From: Bugula neritina
Taxonomy: Eukaryota > Animalia > Bryozoa
Direction of reading: 5' to 3'
NCBI GenBank assembly: GCA_964035545.1
Contig: OZ037768.1
Span: forward strand, 6,790,741 to 6,854,740
DNA length: 64,000 nt
The notes under the pieces are model-generated. The model did no database searches and was not told the origin of the DNA. It was given only the letters and a program-made list of their open reading frames with translations. The position numbers and the translations under genes were made by a program. Below are positions 27,201 through 40,213 of this stretch, piece after piece; within the stretch, counting starts at the first letter, position 1; every line of letters begins with the position of its first letter.

Positions 27201-30200
27201 CGCCTGGTTCTGTCAAAACATGCACTTCTTCGGGAGATGTGATGTCTTCGCCAGAAGGCAAACGATTGTCACTTGCACCTCCCTCATTCTGTAAACCCAA
27301 TGAGTCAAATAATTTTCCTTATTTAAAAATAATCAAGACTAATATATTCAACCAACTTCAGCCACAGATATATGTCAGTAGGCTGTAAAGTGTAATATAA
27401 CATGTGCACAGCAGATTAGTTTGTGCATAGCAACAGTTCTATCTCATTTACTTATCGCACATGGGGGGGGGGGTACAGAGACAGCCCACAATAAACATGT
27501 CTTATAGACTAACCTCTGTGGTCTCTTCTAATTTGCTTTGGTCCTCCATAGTAGCTGTAGTTTCATCTACAGCAGTCTCAGAGTGAGTGGAGTCCAACCG
27601 TGGTTCTGACAAATATCAATCAGTGAAATACAATACACAAGAAATGTAGATAGAACTTGGTGGAGTCACTGCGACAATGCTGTGTACAGATCACTGGGGG
27701 CTCTGCAGCTCTCAGCTATAGCACACTGTAAATGTCAGCGAGTGGGAAATGTGGGGCTAACAGATTACAAACAACATCGGGGTATTTGCGAACACTTGAT
27801 TGGCTAATAAAATTGACTCATCAGTCACAAGACCTGTGAATGTGTGACCCAACCAACTATAGCCTGCCTAACTAATTATTATTGACTGCACTAAATACTC
27901 ATTCAATATGCCCAGACACGTGATCAACTAAAAAGTATCAAATGTACCAAGTAATCAACAATGGATGTCAATGGGGTGTAAATGTACTTGAAAATTGATT
28001 GCACATTCCATTCTCACTGACTAAAGGAAGTAAGCTGCTACAAGTTGAAGGTTACACCAAACATATTAATTTTGTTCTGAGACAAACAAGCAATACTTGT
28101 CTCCACTTGAAAAGAATCTTACTTTATACCCAGTGGCACTTTGGTTAGGTATTACTAGATATGCTTAGCTCACACCATATCCTATTCCATAAATGCTTCA
28201 AAAGTGAAGCCTAATCAAACTTGCTCATATTCTGTTTGCTATACTAACTGATTCACATAGACAATGCAATAGTAGTTGATGGGATGCCAAAGTTCTTGCA
28301 TACTAAAGTAAATATCCCACTTATTATAATACTGGTAGCTATTTTCAGGAGCACTCAAAATCAATGACCTTGTATAATAAACACCTTATCCCAAATATTT
28401 CAACAATACATGTAGCTACAAGATTAGGTGGTGAACCCTTTTAATGTGTCTACTGTGTAAAAGTATTTTAGCCAAAACCATCACAATGACTCTAGTTTAA
28501 CATTGTGGCTAATTAGATATTGAAACTATAATTCTAACAAAATTATAGCTGACTTTTAAACTTGAAGTAAACTTTTTTTTATGTACATTTTTTTCTGGCT
28601 AAGTGCTCCCAAAAAACTTATTGCAGATTAAAAATTATTTCCGAGAAGATAACTTCAGTTAACTATATAACATCTAATTATTTCAAAGGAGTTGTCTCTC
28701 CTATGCATGCATTGAGTATGGCTTGGTAGGTTTGGAATGCTCACAACTAACCAACAGTGTTCGGATCACAAAAGAGAAGGAAAAATTTTACAAGAGCAGC
28801 TTCCACGAATTATTCGGTAATATTATAAACCAGTACAACTTAGGTATAATACAGTACCTCATGTTCCAGCACTATAACTTAGCATCAACAAGTCTCCTAC
28901 ATTTAAAACTATATATCACACATTGTTTAGTAGCCATCTTTTATGACAGCTTTGAAAAATTGTGCTTATGAACAAACTTACAAAGATAATTTATTGCGAT
29001 TTTGTAGTCTTTATGAAAAACATTTTAATACCTTTGAATATACTTATAGAAGGTGCTTAATTAAATATATTACTATCAATAGAAAATAGCCAGTAGGATA
29101 TTTATACAAACCAGGGTATGTTGAGTCTTGGGCAGAGTCCAGAGCAGAGTCTTGAGCTAAGTCTTGGGTTGAGTCCAGAGTCAAGTCCTTGGTTGAGTCT
29201 TGAGCTAAGTCTTGGGTTGAGCCTTGAGCTAAGTCTTGGGTTGAGTCTTGAGCTAAGTCTTGGGTTGAGTCTTGAGCTAAGTCTTGGGTTGAGTCTTGAG
29301 CTAAGTCTTGGGTTGAGTCTTGAGCTAAGTCTTGAGCTAAGTCTTGGGTTGAGTCTTGAGCTAAGTCTTGGGTTGAGCCTTGGGTTACGTAAAACACACT
29401 GGTTGCATCGGAGCCAGAGTCTGAATCTGTTTCCTCCCTCTCCTTCACCTCACCGTCATCTGATCACACAGATTACATACATGTACTGAGCACAAGGCAA
29501 ATTATATCACTTGGCAAACAATGCTAAGAGATGGCAGCTTTGGGCTCCGTGCTTGTACTCAAAAGCTTAAGCAAACAGCTTACATTGAAAATAGCTAATA
29601 AAGGATTGTCTAACAAGTCCAAATTGAGGTGATGATTTATTTGCCAATCTATCTGTGGTGAGGATTATGCTTAGTATCATGGCAAACAGCTGTAAGCCTT
29701 AGCAAACTAATTATTACCAGAAAAAACTTTGCACTGCTATTCGGGTTGCTTGAAAACTAATAAAGTGAAATCATAATAGGAATCAGTTTTTAGAAACTTC
29801 AAAATTAGTCACCTGATATATACATTATAATAATTATACTAAAATTGTAAAAAGTAGAATATAGTAGAAACAGTAGAATACAAATTGTTAAAGTAAATAA
29901 AATACAGTATTCCTGCATAACAAAGGTGAAGAATATAAAGCATATTATGCTGAAGTCACACTAAATAGATAACACACTGTTTGTTATCTCAGCTATTATC
30001 TCTTCATTGATTTAGGACACAGTATGCATTGTAGATGAGGTAGGTGCAGTAATGGAAAGATTAGAAATGTAGCAAAAGAATTTCAACTCGCACCCCAAAC
30101 CAAAATTTATAAAGAAATTTAAAGAACTTAGGCTATCTCAATTTCCCCACTACTGCTCCTAAATGTTGTAGATAGCATACCAGCAACATCATCTTTAGCT

Positions 30201-32742
30201 GATAGATAGCTGTCCATAGAAATGGTGCCAAATGAGCTGGGCATTTGAACTTCTAAAGTGTTAGACTTGACTTCAATGTCTCTACTTGATGAGCCTGCAT
30301 TTGTAGCCACACTTTCAGCTACAAGACACAAGTTTTAGCTACCAACACAAGTAACTGAAATGCACATGATATGATAATATGGATTTTATGTAAAATGGCA
30401 CAAATGAAAAAGTTACATAGCTTTTTGTTAAGTTTAATAAACCATTCAAATGAGAAGCAGAATGAAAATTGCCAATACAGCCATCGAAAACTTGTCCATA
30501 CCTTCTGCTGGTGGCATTGTGTCCTCTGAAGTCAAATCAACATCTGTTATATCCTTAGATGGTTCATTATCTTCTCTGGTGCTCAGTTCATCTTCCTCTT
30601 TGGGCACTTGAGGTGCCTCTGAGGGAGATGATTGTCCATCAGATGCTGATAGTTCCTCAGATGTTTCATGTGAAACCGCTTCACCTTCAACATAAGCAAC
30701 TCATCTTCACCAGGTATGATATTATGAAGTTAATCTGCTGGGTAACAGTCCTTTGGTAGTTATGTTACCAAAAGTATGAGAATCCAACTTTTCAACTCTA
30801 ACTTGATTCAAATAACTGTATACCACATTTATTGCTTTGGTGCATTTGGAAGGGCAAAATTTACAGGTTGCGAAAATGTTAGCAAATTGACGTGAACAGT
30901 TCCACTGCTATCAATGCATAGTGTAGGTCACTATAGCAACATAACACTCTGGCTAACTCAACGTGCTATGTATTTATTTGCCTGTATTTTAGCTTAGTTT
31001 TGAGAAATTTCTAATATAATAACATTTCTTTGATGGGCTAAGCAAAGCTGGTTCTTCGATTCTGGCAAAATTGCCAGCTTTACATTATGGAACAGTGTGA
31101 CCAACACACCAGGCAGCACTCTGTATCTCTGTCAGCAGTTACCACATTGTACTAGTAACTAGATAATGAAAACACACTATACTTCTTTATGAAGTAGCTA
31201 GATGTCTCCACATTGGGCCTAGATTAGCATGTAGAGGCTCAGGATTTTAGAAATACCTTTAATGAATATTTCCATACATATTTTTACTACAAAAAAGATA
31301 CATTGTCAACCTGAGCATAAAAGAGCATTAGACCTACTAGGTATAGGTGGAGACAGATCAGGTTTCCCAGAGTCCATTGTGCAGGCACTCTGTGAGTTGA
31401 GTGAAGAGGTGATGACCTTAAGTGCTGAGCTGTGTGTAGCTGACAGTTGGGTTCTCAACTCTCCTTCAGCTTTCACTTGATGACTGCAAAGTTGGCCGTG
31501 AATGAAGATGAATAAGAGTAGCTTTAGTAAGTAAAATGTAAATGATAGCAGGACTTAGATATTCTGCACTAGTGGGTATGGCAGAAGATAACCTGATAAA
31601 ACCCATGATGTAATAATCAAACTTTGATAGCTTTATCATACTGATTAAAACCTCAATGGGGTGATTATTTACATCCATGTTAACGATAAGATAACTCTAG
31701 ATCATACTGAATACAATATTACACTAGGTTACGTGTACTTGTAAAAACTACATTGAAGCAGAGCTGCTTACTTTTATTTATGCAGCAATGAAATCTGCAG
31801 AAATCACACAGCAGTGTGTATAGCCTGTTTCAAACATTTGAACAACCTGTGTATTGCAGCAATTAAGAATAACAAATAGTCAAAGATAGCAATAACCACA
31901 ATTACTGAACCCTAGACTACAATGTCATCAGCAGGTGAGCTAGATAATATTCATGATAAAAACTACATAAATTTCGTAGGCAGACAACCCTGAAACTATA
32001 TTATGCAGATAGCTAAGAACTTTTACATACTTGAACATTGCATAAATGCAACTAGGATATCTTTGTTTTAGTATGAATTATATCTACATACCTATGAGAA
32101 GACAACTCTTTCCCATTGTTTTCTTGGTCTTCCAGCTGTGCAGAAACTTTCTGATTACTGCCTGAAGCTATTGAATAGTAGAAATAGCAAGTGACACAAA
32201 TATATGTATAAATACTATGAACTAAATTTGCTTCTGTATTTTTATCATGGCGGCTGGCTAAACTCAAAAACTTATTGACAAGCTTTTGGACTCTACCAAT
32301 TGAAACGAATAATAAAAAAAATTGTCATTATAATGAAAGAAAATTTTAAATGAACTGAAAATAGCACAAGTACACAATATTATTGAAAACTTCATACTTT
32401 CAATAATTCACAAAACACTATTTGTTTTGTAGGCCAGAGAGAATAAATCAGAAACTGTGAAATATTACAGAAGATATAAAAACAGCATACTAATTTTTTA
32501 TCACGAAAGACAGAATAGTAAACTATAAAGAGTTATCTTTAGCAGAGCTTACAGTTTTCAGTGCACAGGAAGTTTAACTGCAACAGTAAGCAACCAGATT
32601 ATTGATTAAACTTGCTATAAGGTGATGGCAGCGAGTCTAATGAATTCATTTGAAAGGAACAATTCATAAATAATTGAAATGATCCTACATATTCATATAG
32701 TGTACCTTTTCTTCGAGCTTTAGCTTTAGACTTTCTACCCAT
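24221..32742 (-). CDS. Unrecognised ~600-aa acidic, Ser/Thr/Glu-rich disordered protein with a basic N-terminus, two tandem-repeat blocks and a C-terminal CaaX box (GCCTVL*)
   Basis: Phase-consistent exon chain: 32706-32742 (MGRKSKAKARRK), 32092-32168, ~31338-31483, ~30502-30684, ~30181-30318, ~29112-29459, ~27514-27605, ~26595-27288, 26352-26404, 24221-24268 (LPAPVQEGPGCCTVL-TAA). All have canonical AG/GT ends and are stop-free; additional small exons are possible. Confidence 0.7.
26805..27118 (-). repeat. Coding 21-bp tandem repeat (EAPS[S/G][E/K]T x~14)
   Basis: Unit GGGGCCTCAGTCTCACTGCTA on the + strand; translated in ORF 26560..27300. Confidence 0.95.
29118..29386 (-). repeat. Coding 24-bp (2x12-bp) tandem repeat (QDSTQDLA x~10)
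   Basis: Unit GAGTCTTGAGCTAAGTCTTGGGTT on the + strand; ORF 29044..29448. Confidence 0.95.
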
Positions 32743-34232
32743 ATTTGTGACTGCTTTCAAGTCTATGTCTAAAATATTTGCAAGCACTGAATTACAATTA
32801 GATAAAAAGCACAGTTGACATGTTGGTTTGTGATTTATTCCAACACTAGTTTGACAGCGGATATGAGGATAATTATTACATACTCATTGACTAGAGTACT
32901 TGAGATTTCTTCATGCAAGAAACTACTTGCTAAAATCAATGACTTAACAGTGACTTAGGTTATAGAATATTTTTATTGGTTTGTTGCATATCTTTTAAAA
33001 ACTTTCAAAACTTGAAAGTACCAAAATAATTGTTTTAAAGCCAATGTTCATTCTTTGCATGAGAAACAATGATTTAATATCGTGTTAAAGAAAATTGTTA
33101 AAAGTGAATTCATCATTTAACTATTTTATTACAAGATAATATGACATGTAAATATTACAACTAAATCCTAGACAATGCCAGATAATGATAGTATAATAAT
33201 ATAGTTATTATGGTAGCCTATAATAAGTATTATATTTCATACTATCATGACAAAATTTACGGCATTGGTAATCAACTTAACAATATTATTTGCTAGCTAT
33301 TCAATTTAACAGGCATAAAACATTTTGTGAAATAATTAATTATGTTGAAAATAATAATTAATGCTTTAATATTATTACTGATACTTATACTAATAGTAAT
33401 AATAGTAACACTAAACATGACATCATCCTTATTAGTCGGTATACAAGTTTAACAATCGTAATTGAGAATATTTGCTAGGCTTGTCATAATAATTCATAAT
33501 AATCGTGTTCACTTCATAGACAATTTTATGATCACATCAGGTACAAGCAATAATAATAACCAGTATAATGTATACTTTGTTTATCAATCAATATCAACAT
33601 TATTACTATTAGTACTAGACTTGTAGTAGTACCTTATTCTGATTCTCAAGGCCAAACAAAATTCATTGAACTTAAAAGATATGCTCATAATAAATTAATT
33701 TTAGAACTGGACCCACCCTTATGTCTATAGCCATAGCCCATACTCATACTGAGACACTTACAGTCATAGTGATAGTGACTAGTGTGATACTGATAGTCAT
33801 AGTGATTGAGGTAGGTGATGTAAATGTAATAGAGGGTATATTAAAAGAATAAAGAACTTGGGCTACTAAAAATTTTTGCTCCTAAGCATAGTTTTCATGA
33901 TAACTTGCACAAGAGTACAATAGTTTAAAAATCATTGCGTTAGTGATTAACAATAACATCAACACCTATCAAATTAAATGATAGCCTTGCATGAATTCAG
34001 ATGACACAGTCACACCTACACTGACACTGTGATTGGCACTAGCAGTGGAAGTAGCCTAGTTATACTACTGAGTGAGTAGGCGCAGCTTCCCAAAAAACTC
34101 AAACTGTTAGACTTGAAGCTACTGTTAGTTAGGACTAAGTCTAACACTAACAGTAGCAGCAACCCCAATACTTAAGAATAAGAGTAAGTCAGCACAACAA
34201 ATTCAATACTCATGACTAAATGAATATGAATA

Positions 34233-34406
34233 TAGAATTTCTCTATTAGTATAAGCAGTTCCTAGTTGGGTAAGTGAGTGCGGTAGTTTAGTGTTCATGA
34301 GTTAGGAGTTGGAGGTTTGTCTTGGAACATTAAACCCCCAATTTCGAGACTTCAAACTACTGCACTCAGTCACCCCCAACGCGGAGCTGCTTATAGAACC
34401 ATTCTA
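34233..34406. mobile_element. Foldback/hairpin MITE-like element, copy 1
   Basis: Imperfect ~75-bp inverted arms (TATAAGCAGTTCCTAGTTGGG...CCCAACGCGGAGCTGCTTATA) with TA-containing ends; homologous to 35372-35538. Confidence 0.75.
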
Positions 34407-35049
34407 AATAATTTCTATACATATAAATATATAATAATAAAAATATAACATCATTATAATACAATTAATATTATTAATATAATTATAATATAATAATATC
34501 AACAATTAATCTACACATCATTATGAAAATTAATATCACTCTCAATTATTGATTATTAAACATAATATTAAAAATAAATTTAATTTATAATATTCATTAA
34601 TTTTAAATTTAATCATTCCTTTCGGCTTTCAGTCCTTAACCTTTAGATTTTGCCCTACCAGTAACTCAAACTGTCTAAGTCTTAAGTCTAAGCTCTGCCT
34701 CTAGCATCCTTGATTTAGAAATAGATTATAATAATAATTAATAAATTATTATAAAATAAAAATTATAAATTTATAATGATGATCATAATGACCACCAGTA
34801 CTAAAGAAAAAAAAAGGTAACGTAAACGTGTTGTATAAATCAACCCAATGTTATCTAAATCTAATAACTAACTATAAGTATAAGGTGACTAAAAAAGCAA
34901 TTTAACTTTTAACGAAAATATTAGCTTGTAGCACTAGTAGTAGTTGTATAAACGATTCAAAGTCAACAGCGAACACAAATAACTACGAGTACAATAAGTA
35001 TAACTACTAGTACTACTAGGATTAAAAGTATTTTACCAAAGGCTTAACG

Positions 35050-35700
35050 ATCACACATTAGTTTACTATAAGTCAATTCTCCCGCGTAATTAGTATTAAA
35101 TTCACGGCCTTTTATGCATCGGCTGCTGTTTAATCAAAAGTTTTTCCAATACAATTTTTATTGCATATGGCTTACCATTGAATAAAACAAAATCATGCTC
35201 TTGTTCACTTTGTTAGCGTGATATATTATGCCTTTCTCTGGTCATTTTTCTAACTGCGTTTTTTTAAGAAGTTTTGCTCCTGAAAAGAATATCTTCACTT
35301 GACAACGCGCCAGTAACGAACTATGCAAACGAGTTAGCAACTCGAATATTCCCACGGCATAAGCGTATTTTTACAAATAGTTCTATAAGCAGCTTCAAGT
35401 TGGGGGTGAATAAGTGCAGTAATTTAGAATTCTTGAACTTAGAGTTAGGGATTTTATAAGCCCCAACTCTAAACTGGAGAACTGCAAACTATTAGCACTC
35501 AGTTATCCCAACCTGGAGCTGCTTCTAGGATCATTCTATTTTACAGTGACGGGTACTTCTAAAAATAATATTGTCTATGTCAATGTCAATGTGATCTATG
35601 AGGAAGTTGTATTAGGGGAGCCTAATCTCAGACAGGTAAAACTATGATTGAGTAGATGTTTTCGCATAACCATCAACATCACTCATTATTCTGGTAAATG
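35050..35700. promoter_or_regulatory. Probable bidirectional promoter / first non-coding exons of the CaaX gene (-) and IRAK4 (+)
   Basis: Both ATG exons are preceded by splice acceptors (32787 -, 37588 +). Outward-facing donors occur at ~35175 (-, atg|gtaagc) and ~35635 (+, cag|gtaaaa). There is local CpG enrichment (TCCCGCG, AACGCGCC). Confidence 0.45.
35372..35538. mobile_element. Foldback/hairpin MITE-like element, copy 2
   Basis: Arms TTCTATAAGCAGCTTCAAGTTGGGG...TTAGAGTTAGGG and CCCCAACTCTAA...CCCAACCTGGAGCTGCTTCTAGGA around a ~10-nt loop. Confidence 0.75.
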
Positions 35701-37600
35701 CGTTTATTTTTCAAGTATGAAATTAACTTTAAGCCTCGAATTTGTGAACAAACTTTTAGTTTGGGTTTAACTCTAAGTTTATGCAAGCTTTAAGTTTAAG
35801 AATAAGTTATTAAGTTTAAAAATAAATGATTATGATTATCATTATGATTATCATCATCTTCATCTTAATCATTATCATTATGATTATGCTTCACGTTTTC
35901 ATTTTGATTAAGTTTTACTAAAAAGTAAGAGCAACTCAAACTGTAAGACTAAGAATAAGACTAAGAGTAAGAGTAACTCGGTAAGAGTAAGTTTTAATCA
36001 ATAATCACTAATCATCTAATGCTTTTAGTTTTAGTTTTATTTTTAATTTATATAATAATATATGATTATCGGCTCAGTCTTACTCTTAGTCTGAATCTCC
36101 CATAATGATTAAATAATGATAAAATACATAATATTAATTGAAATAATAATTGTAATGGTACATTGTGATTAATAGAAATAAATAATGATGACGATAAATA
36201 ATTAAATCATAATTAATCTAAGACTAATGTTACTGTTATCTCAAAAAATTAAAAATTGTTATTATTAGAAATGTGAATATCTGATAACTCAACTTCAGGA
36301 CTGAAAGTAAAAGTCAAAGTTGATCTCAATGTGTGAACCAACTCTGGATTCTTACTTCTTAGTACCTCACTAATATTGATAGTCATAGTGATACTCAATA
36401 ACTCATACTTTAAGTCTAAGTCATTTAGTAACTCAACTGTAAGTGTAATAACTAATAAGTAGCACCTATAAACTTGTATAACTATACGCCTAAGGCATAA
36501 ACTAAAAGTTAAAGGTTAGCATTGGTATTATAACAATAATTATCTCCGACTCTTGGTTATCATTATGATCATAGTATTGATATATCATTACTTACAATTT
36601 GAGTTACTAACTCTAAGGTATGTACAATCATTATTATATTACAATATTAGTTGTTGTCAATTATTAGTGATTACTTTCAGTACACTTTGCTGGTTAATTA
36701 TAGTTGTTAATACTGTTGTTATTATTATTACAATCTGAATAAATCATAAATATCATTGTGATTGTCATTAACATTATATAATATTATTATTTGTAATTGT
36801 CATTGTGTGAAATGGCAAAATGAAAGTCAAGTGATGGCATGAAGCAGAGTATTAACCTTTGAATTCAAATTTTCCAACCTAATGACTAGGAAAATGTGAA
36901 TGTAAAAAGTAATTATAATGCTAAATATCAATATCCTGATGTCTTATAACATTGGTTTCTTGTGCTGCTTAACTTTAGGGTTGTATGCCTGTTGTAACCC
37001 GTATGGCATGCTCATACTCTTTGTGATAGCAATTATAGTACTGATACTTCCACTGCTAATAATAAATTTGAATTTTAGCAGTTTTATTTAGATTGCTTGG
37101 TCATTGTGATTAGATTTTGAGCAAGAGTATTTTTGCCGTAGTTCTGTGATTATCAAAACAACATTCCCTCAAAAAAGGGCTGTTATCCAATGAAGATAAT
37201 TTTAAATACAACAGTATAGTATTTTTATGGTCATAAGTTTTTAACTAAAGTTTTAGTTTATGAAATCTATCCTAATCAATAAATACTCAATGAGTTTATT
37301 GATGATTTGTAGACAGTCTGAGTATTCAGGGCAGTAGGTTATATATAAAATAATAACTTGGTAACAACCTCCTTCTGCAATGGATATAAAATGTTCTTAT
37401 TTTTAGTACCAACGGAAAATTTTTTTAAAAAGGAGACATTAGAGACAATTTGGCAGCTTTAAACTTCTTAGATTTATATTTTACAGTGAAAATCTTGTTT
37501 CCCAATTGCTTAGGAATCTTATATGTGGAACTACTGACAAGATAAATACAAGTCATTACCTTTTAAATCAATATAATATTTATTGTAGTTTAAAATAAAG

Positions 37601-40138
37601 ATGGAAAGTCGAAGCCATTCACTTGGCCCTCAGCTTACTAAATCCAGTCTCATTACAGCTATCCCACATAACCATAGGCAAATTATTTGTGCCAGATTAG
37701 ATATTTTCGACAACTGGAAGAAATTCATTGGACATATAAAAGCTAAAGATGGGATAAATCCTAGATATTCAGACCTTCAAGTATGTATTTTTGACCAAGT
37801 AAAAGAGCGGCGTCACGGAAGTCCGACAGATTCAATATTATCGGACTGGAAGACACTTCGTCCCACAATTGGGGATTTTGTTGATATACTGAAATTTAGT
37901 GAACTAGAATCTACAGCAGAGTATATCCACTCTAAAGTCCTTCAGTTAGGACCGATTAAAAAGCCTGCCGAAGATGATGAAGGTATTTAACCGTCTTGAA
38001 GATTTTCAATAAAATTACTTATTTGCTACCTATACTTTATTTTACAAATTTATGGGCTAATCAATGGTTTTTAATTTTAATGCAATTTCACAATCAATTT
38101 ACTATAAGGCGAAAATACAAAATTTCATTTGCTGCTAGAAATTCATAATTAGTTTATCTTCAAAATTAAACCAACAGCCAAGTTCAATAACTAATGTTGA
38201 AAAATACTTCAAGAGCATTTTTCATTTTTATTGACAAATATAATTGTATCAAAGCTATTCTTATATGGTTGCGATATCAGAGCTCTGTGTTTCATTGCAT
38301 ATTAATTTTGGTATTTCAAAAAAAAATTATTTTAAAAGTCATTGGCAGCTAAAAATCTTGTATTGTAGTTACGACGTGACCATATACAGAAATAAATATG
38401 TTACCTTTTTTTTGTAGGTCGAGCGGTTTCTCTTACTGTTAACCCTGATTCTTTCTCGCCGCCAGTAGCCAGCTTTGCTGTTGGAGGTAGAGTTTCTCAG
38501 TACCCGTCACTGCTGGACTATGAGACTGAAGAGAGCCTGAAATGTAAGTCTTCATTCTGTAAATCTTTGTTTAAGTTTTGAGTCAAGTGAAACTTTGTCT
38601 TGTTATGAAGTATCCTAATCACATAACAATTGGAATTTCTAGTATACATGAGCAGCCAACCAGAGCCTATACCTTTCTATTCATACCCTGAGGTTGATTT
38701 GTTTACGGATGGGTTCAACCAAGCAAATTTGGATTATGGAGGTAGATTTCTTGGCAAAGGCGGATATGGTGAAGTTTATTTAGGTATGCAGTTGCTACTG
38801 TGACTTTACACAGAATATACTGGATACAATAGTATGCCGGATTAAACTTGAAACTTTTTGCAATCTTTGCTGGGCATTTATTTCAAATGTTTTTTCTAGT
38901 ATTTTTAAAAAACCTGCTTGTCACCAACTAAACTGGCATTTATAAACTATTATCTGTTTGTTTTATTAAAAAAGCATATACACTTCTTAGGTTTAGGTTG
39001 GAACTTCAGCAGCTTGAACTTTGAGCACAATGTAAATGTAGTAATTTATTATAGTATACATGTTGTTTAATTTTCATGTCTGTAATTTTGTAATCAGCTT
39101 ACTCCTTTTTTTATCTCTTATAGATGGTCCAGCTGTCATGTAATGTATAAATATTTGCTTATTTATATATTTTAGGGAAGATAAGAATTCCACAGAGGGA
39201 TGACCTATTAGTGGCTGTGAAACGATTCAATGAGTCTTCCATCGAGTATCTGAAGCAGTTCAGGACGGAGTTAGAGGTCATCTTCATGAACTGCCATCAC
39301 CCAAACTTGCTTACCATTAAAGGGATCTGTACAGAGAAGTCCTTTTGTGTCATATATGAATATATGGAGAAGGGAACTCTGGATCAACATCTGGTAAAAT
39401 ATAAAGCTATGGCGTTTTTGGTTTATACCATATGCTATTTATTTCACTACAGTCACTGGAGTTTATGCATTCCCATGTTTGACTGTATAAGCCATTCTAT
39501 GTTTTGTACTAAGTGTGCATATGAATAGATGGCATGCAATACATATTATATTTCTTAGATGTCACCAGCTCAACATAATGGAGCTTTAAGTTCTGCCCAG
39601 CGTATAAATATTGCTATAGACGTGGCTCAAGGCATCTCCTGGTTACACACGGGAAACAAGGATGCGATTGTTCACCGCGACATCAAACCGTCAGTAATTC
39701 ATGATTTAATGCCACCTTTATCATGCATCATTTTTCAATATGTGGCTCTGTGTGATATATTTCAGGTTTTTTCTTCCACTACTTAGTAATATCTCACATT
39801 AACTTATGACTCTAGAGAATTGTGAGTCATTTAATTTAAAATAAGTCTATATGTATTAATACACTTTATTTGGGTTTGTTGTGGCAGGGCAAATATATTG
39901 CTTGATCAGGGAATGAGGGCTAAGGTTGGAGACTATGGGTTGGTCAGAGTGCAGACGTACAAGGATAACTCCCATACCAATACTACAGTAGATGTACGAG
40001 GAAGCAAGTTCTATATGCCGCCTGAAGCCAACATCGGTGTCGTATCACCCAAATGGGATGTATATTCTTTTGGTGTAGTAAGTTGTTTTTATGTACATTC
40101 TAGCGATATTCACCATATTATGTATTCAGTCTATATTA

Positions 40139-40213
<75 letters not shown>

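Larger units (their letters stand above)
33700..36800. repeat. Interrupted drifting 6-bp-periodic low-complexity tracts flanking the putative bidirectional promoter
   Basis: For example catact catact..catagt gatagt..gatact gatagt catagt (33740-33806) and taagac taagaa taagac taagag taagag (35944-35973). Confidence 0.75.

Noticed and set aside
26490-27294. Long overlapping ORFs in other frames and strands (RLRPLAV, LTARGLS, LLGASVS repeats)
   Set aside because: By-products of a stop-free 21-bp repeat; only the EAPSSET frame joins neighbouring exons in phase
29118-29489. + strand (LSLELSLG)n ORF
   Set aside because: Antisense shadow of the QDSTQDLA coding repeat
32706-32742. N-myristoylation of MGRKSK
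   Set aside because: Gly2 is present but position 6 is Lys rather than Ser/Thr and Arg3 is unfavourable; the basic stretch could equally be an NLS or membrane-binding patch
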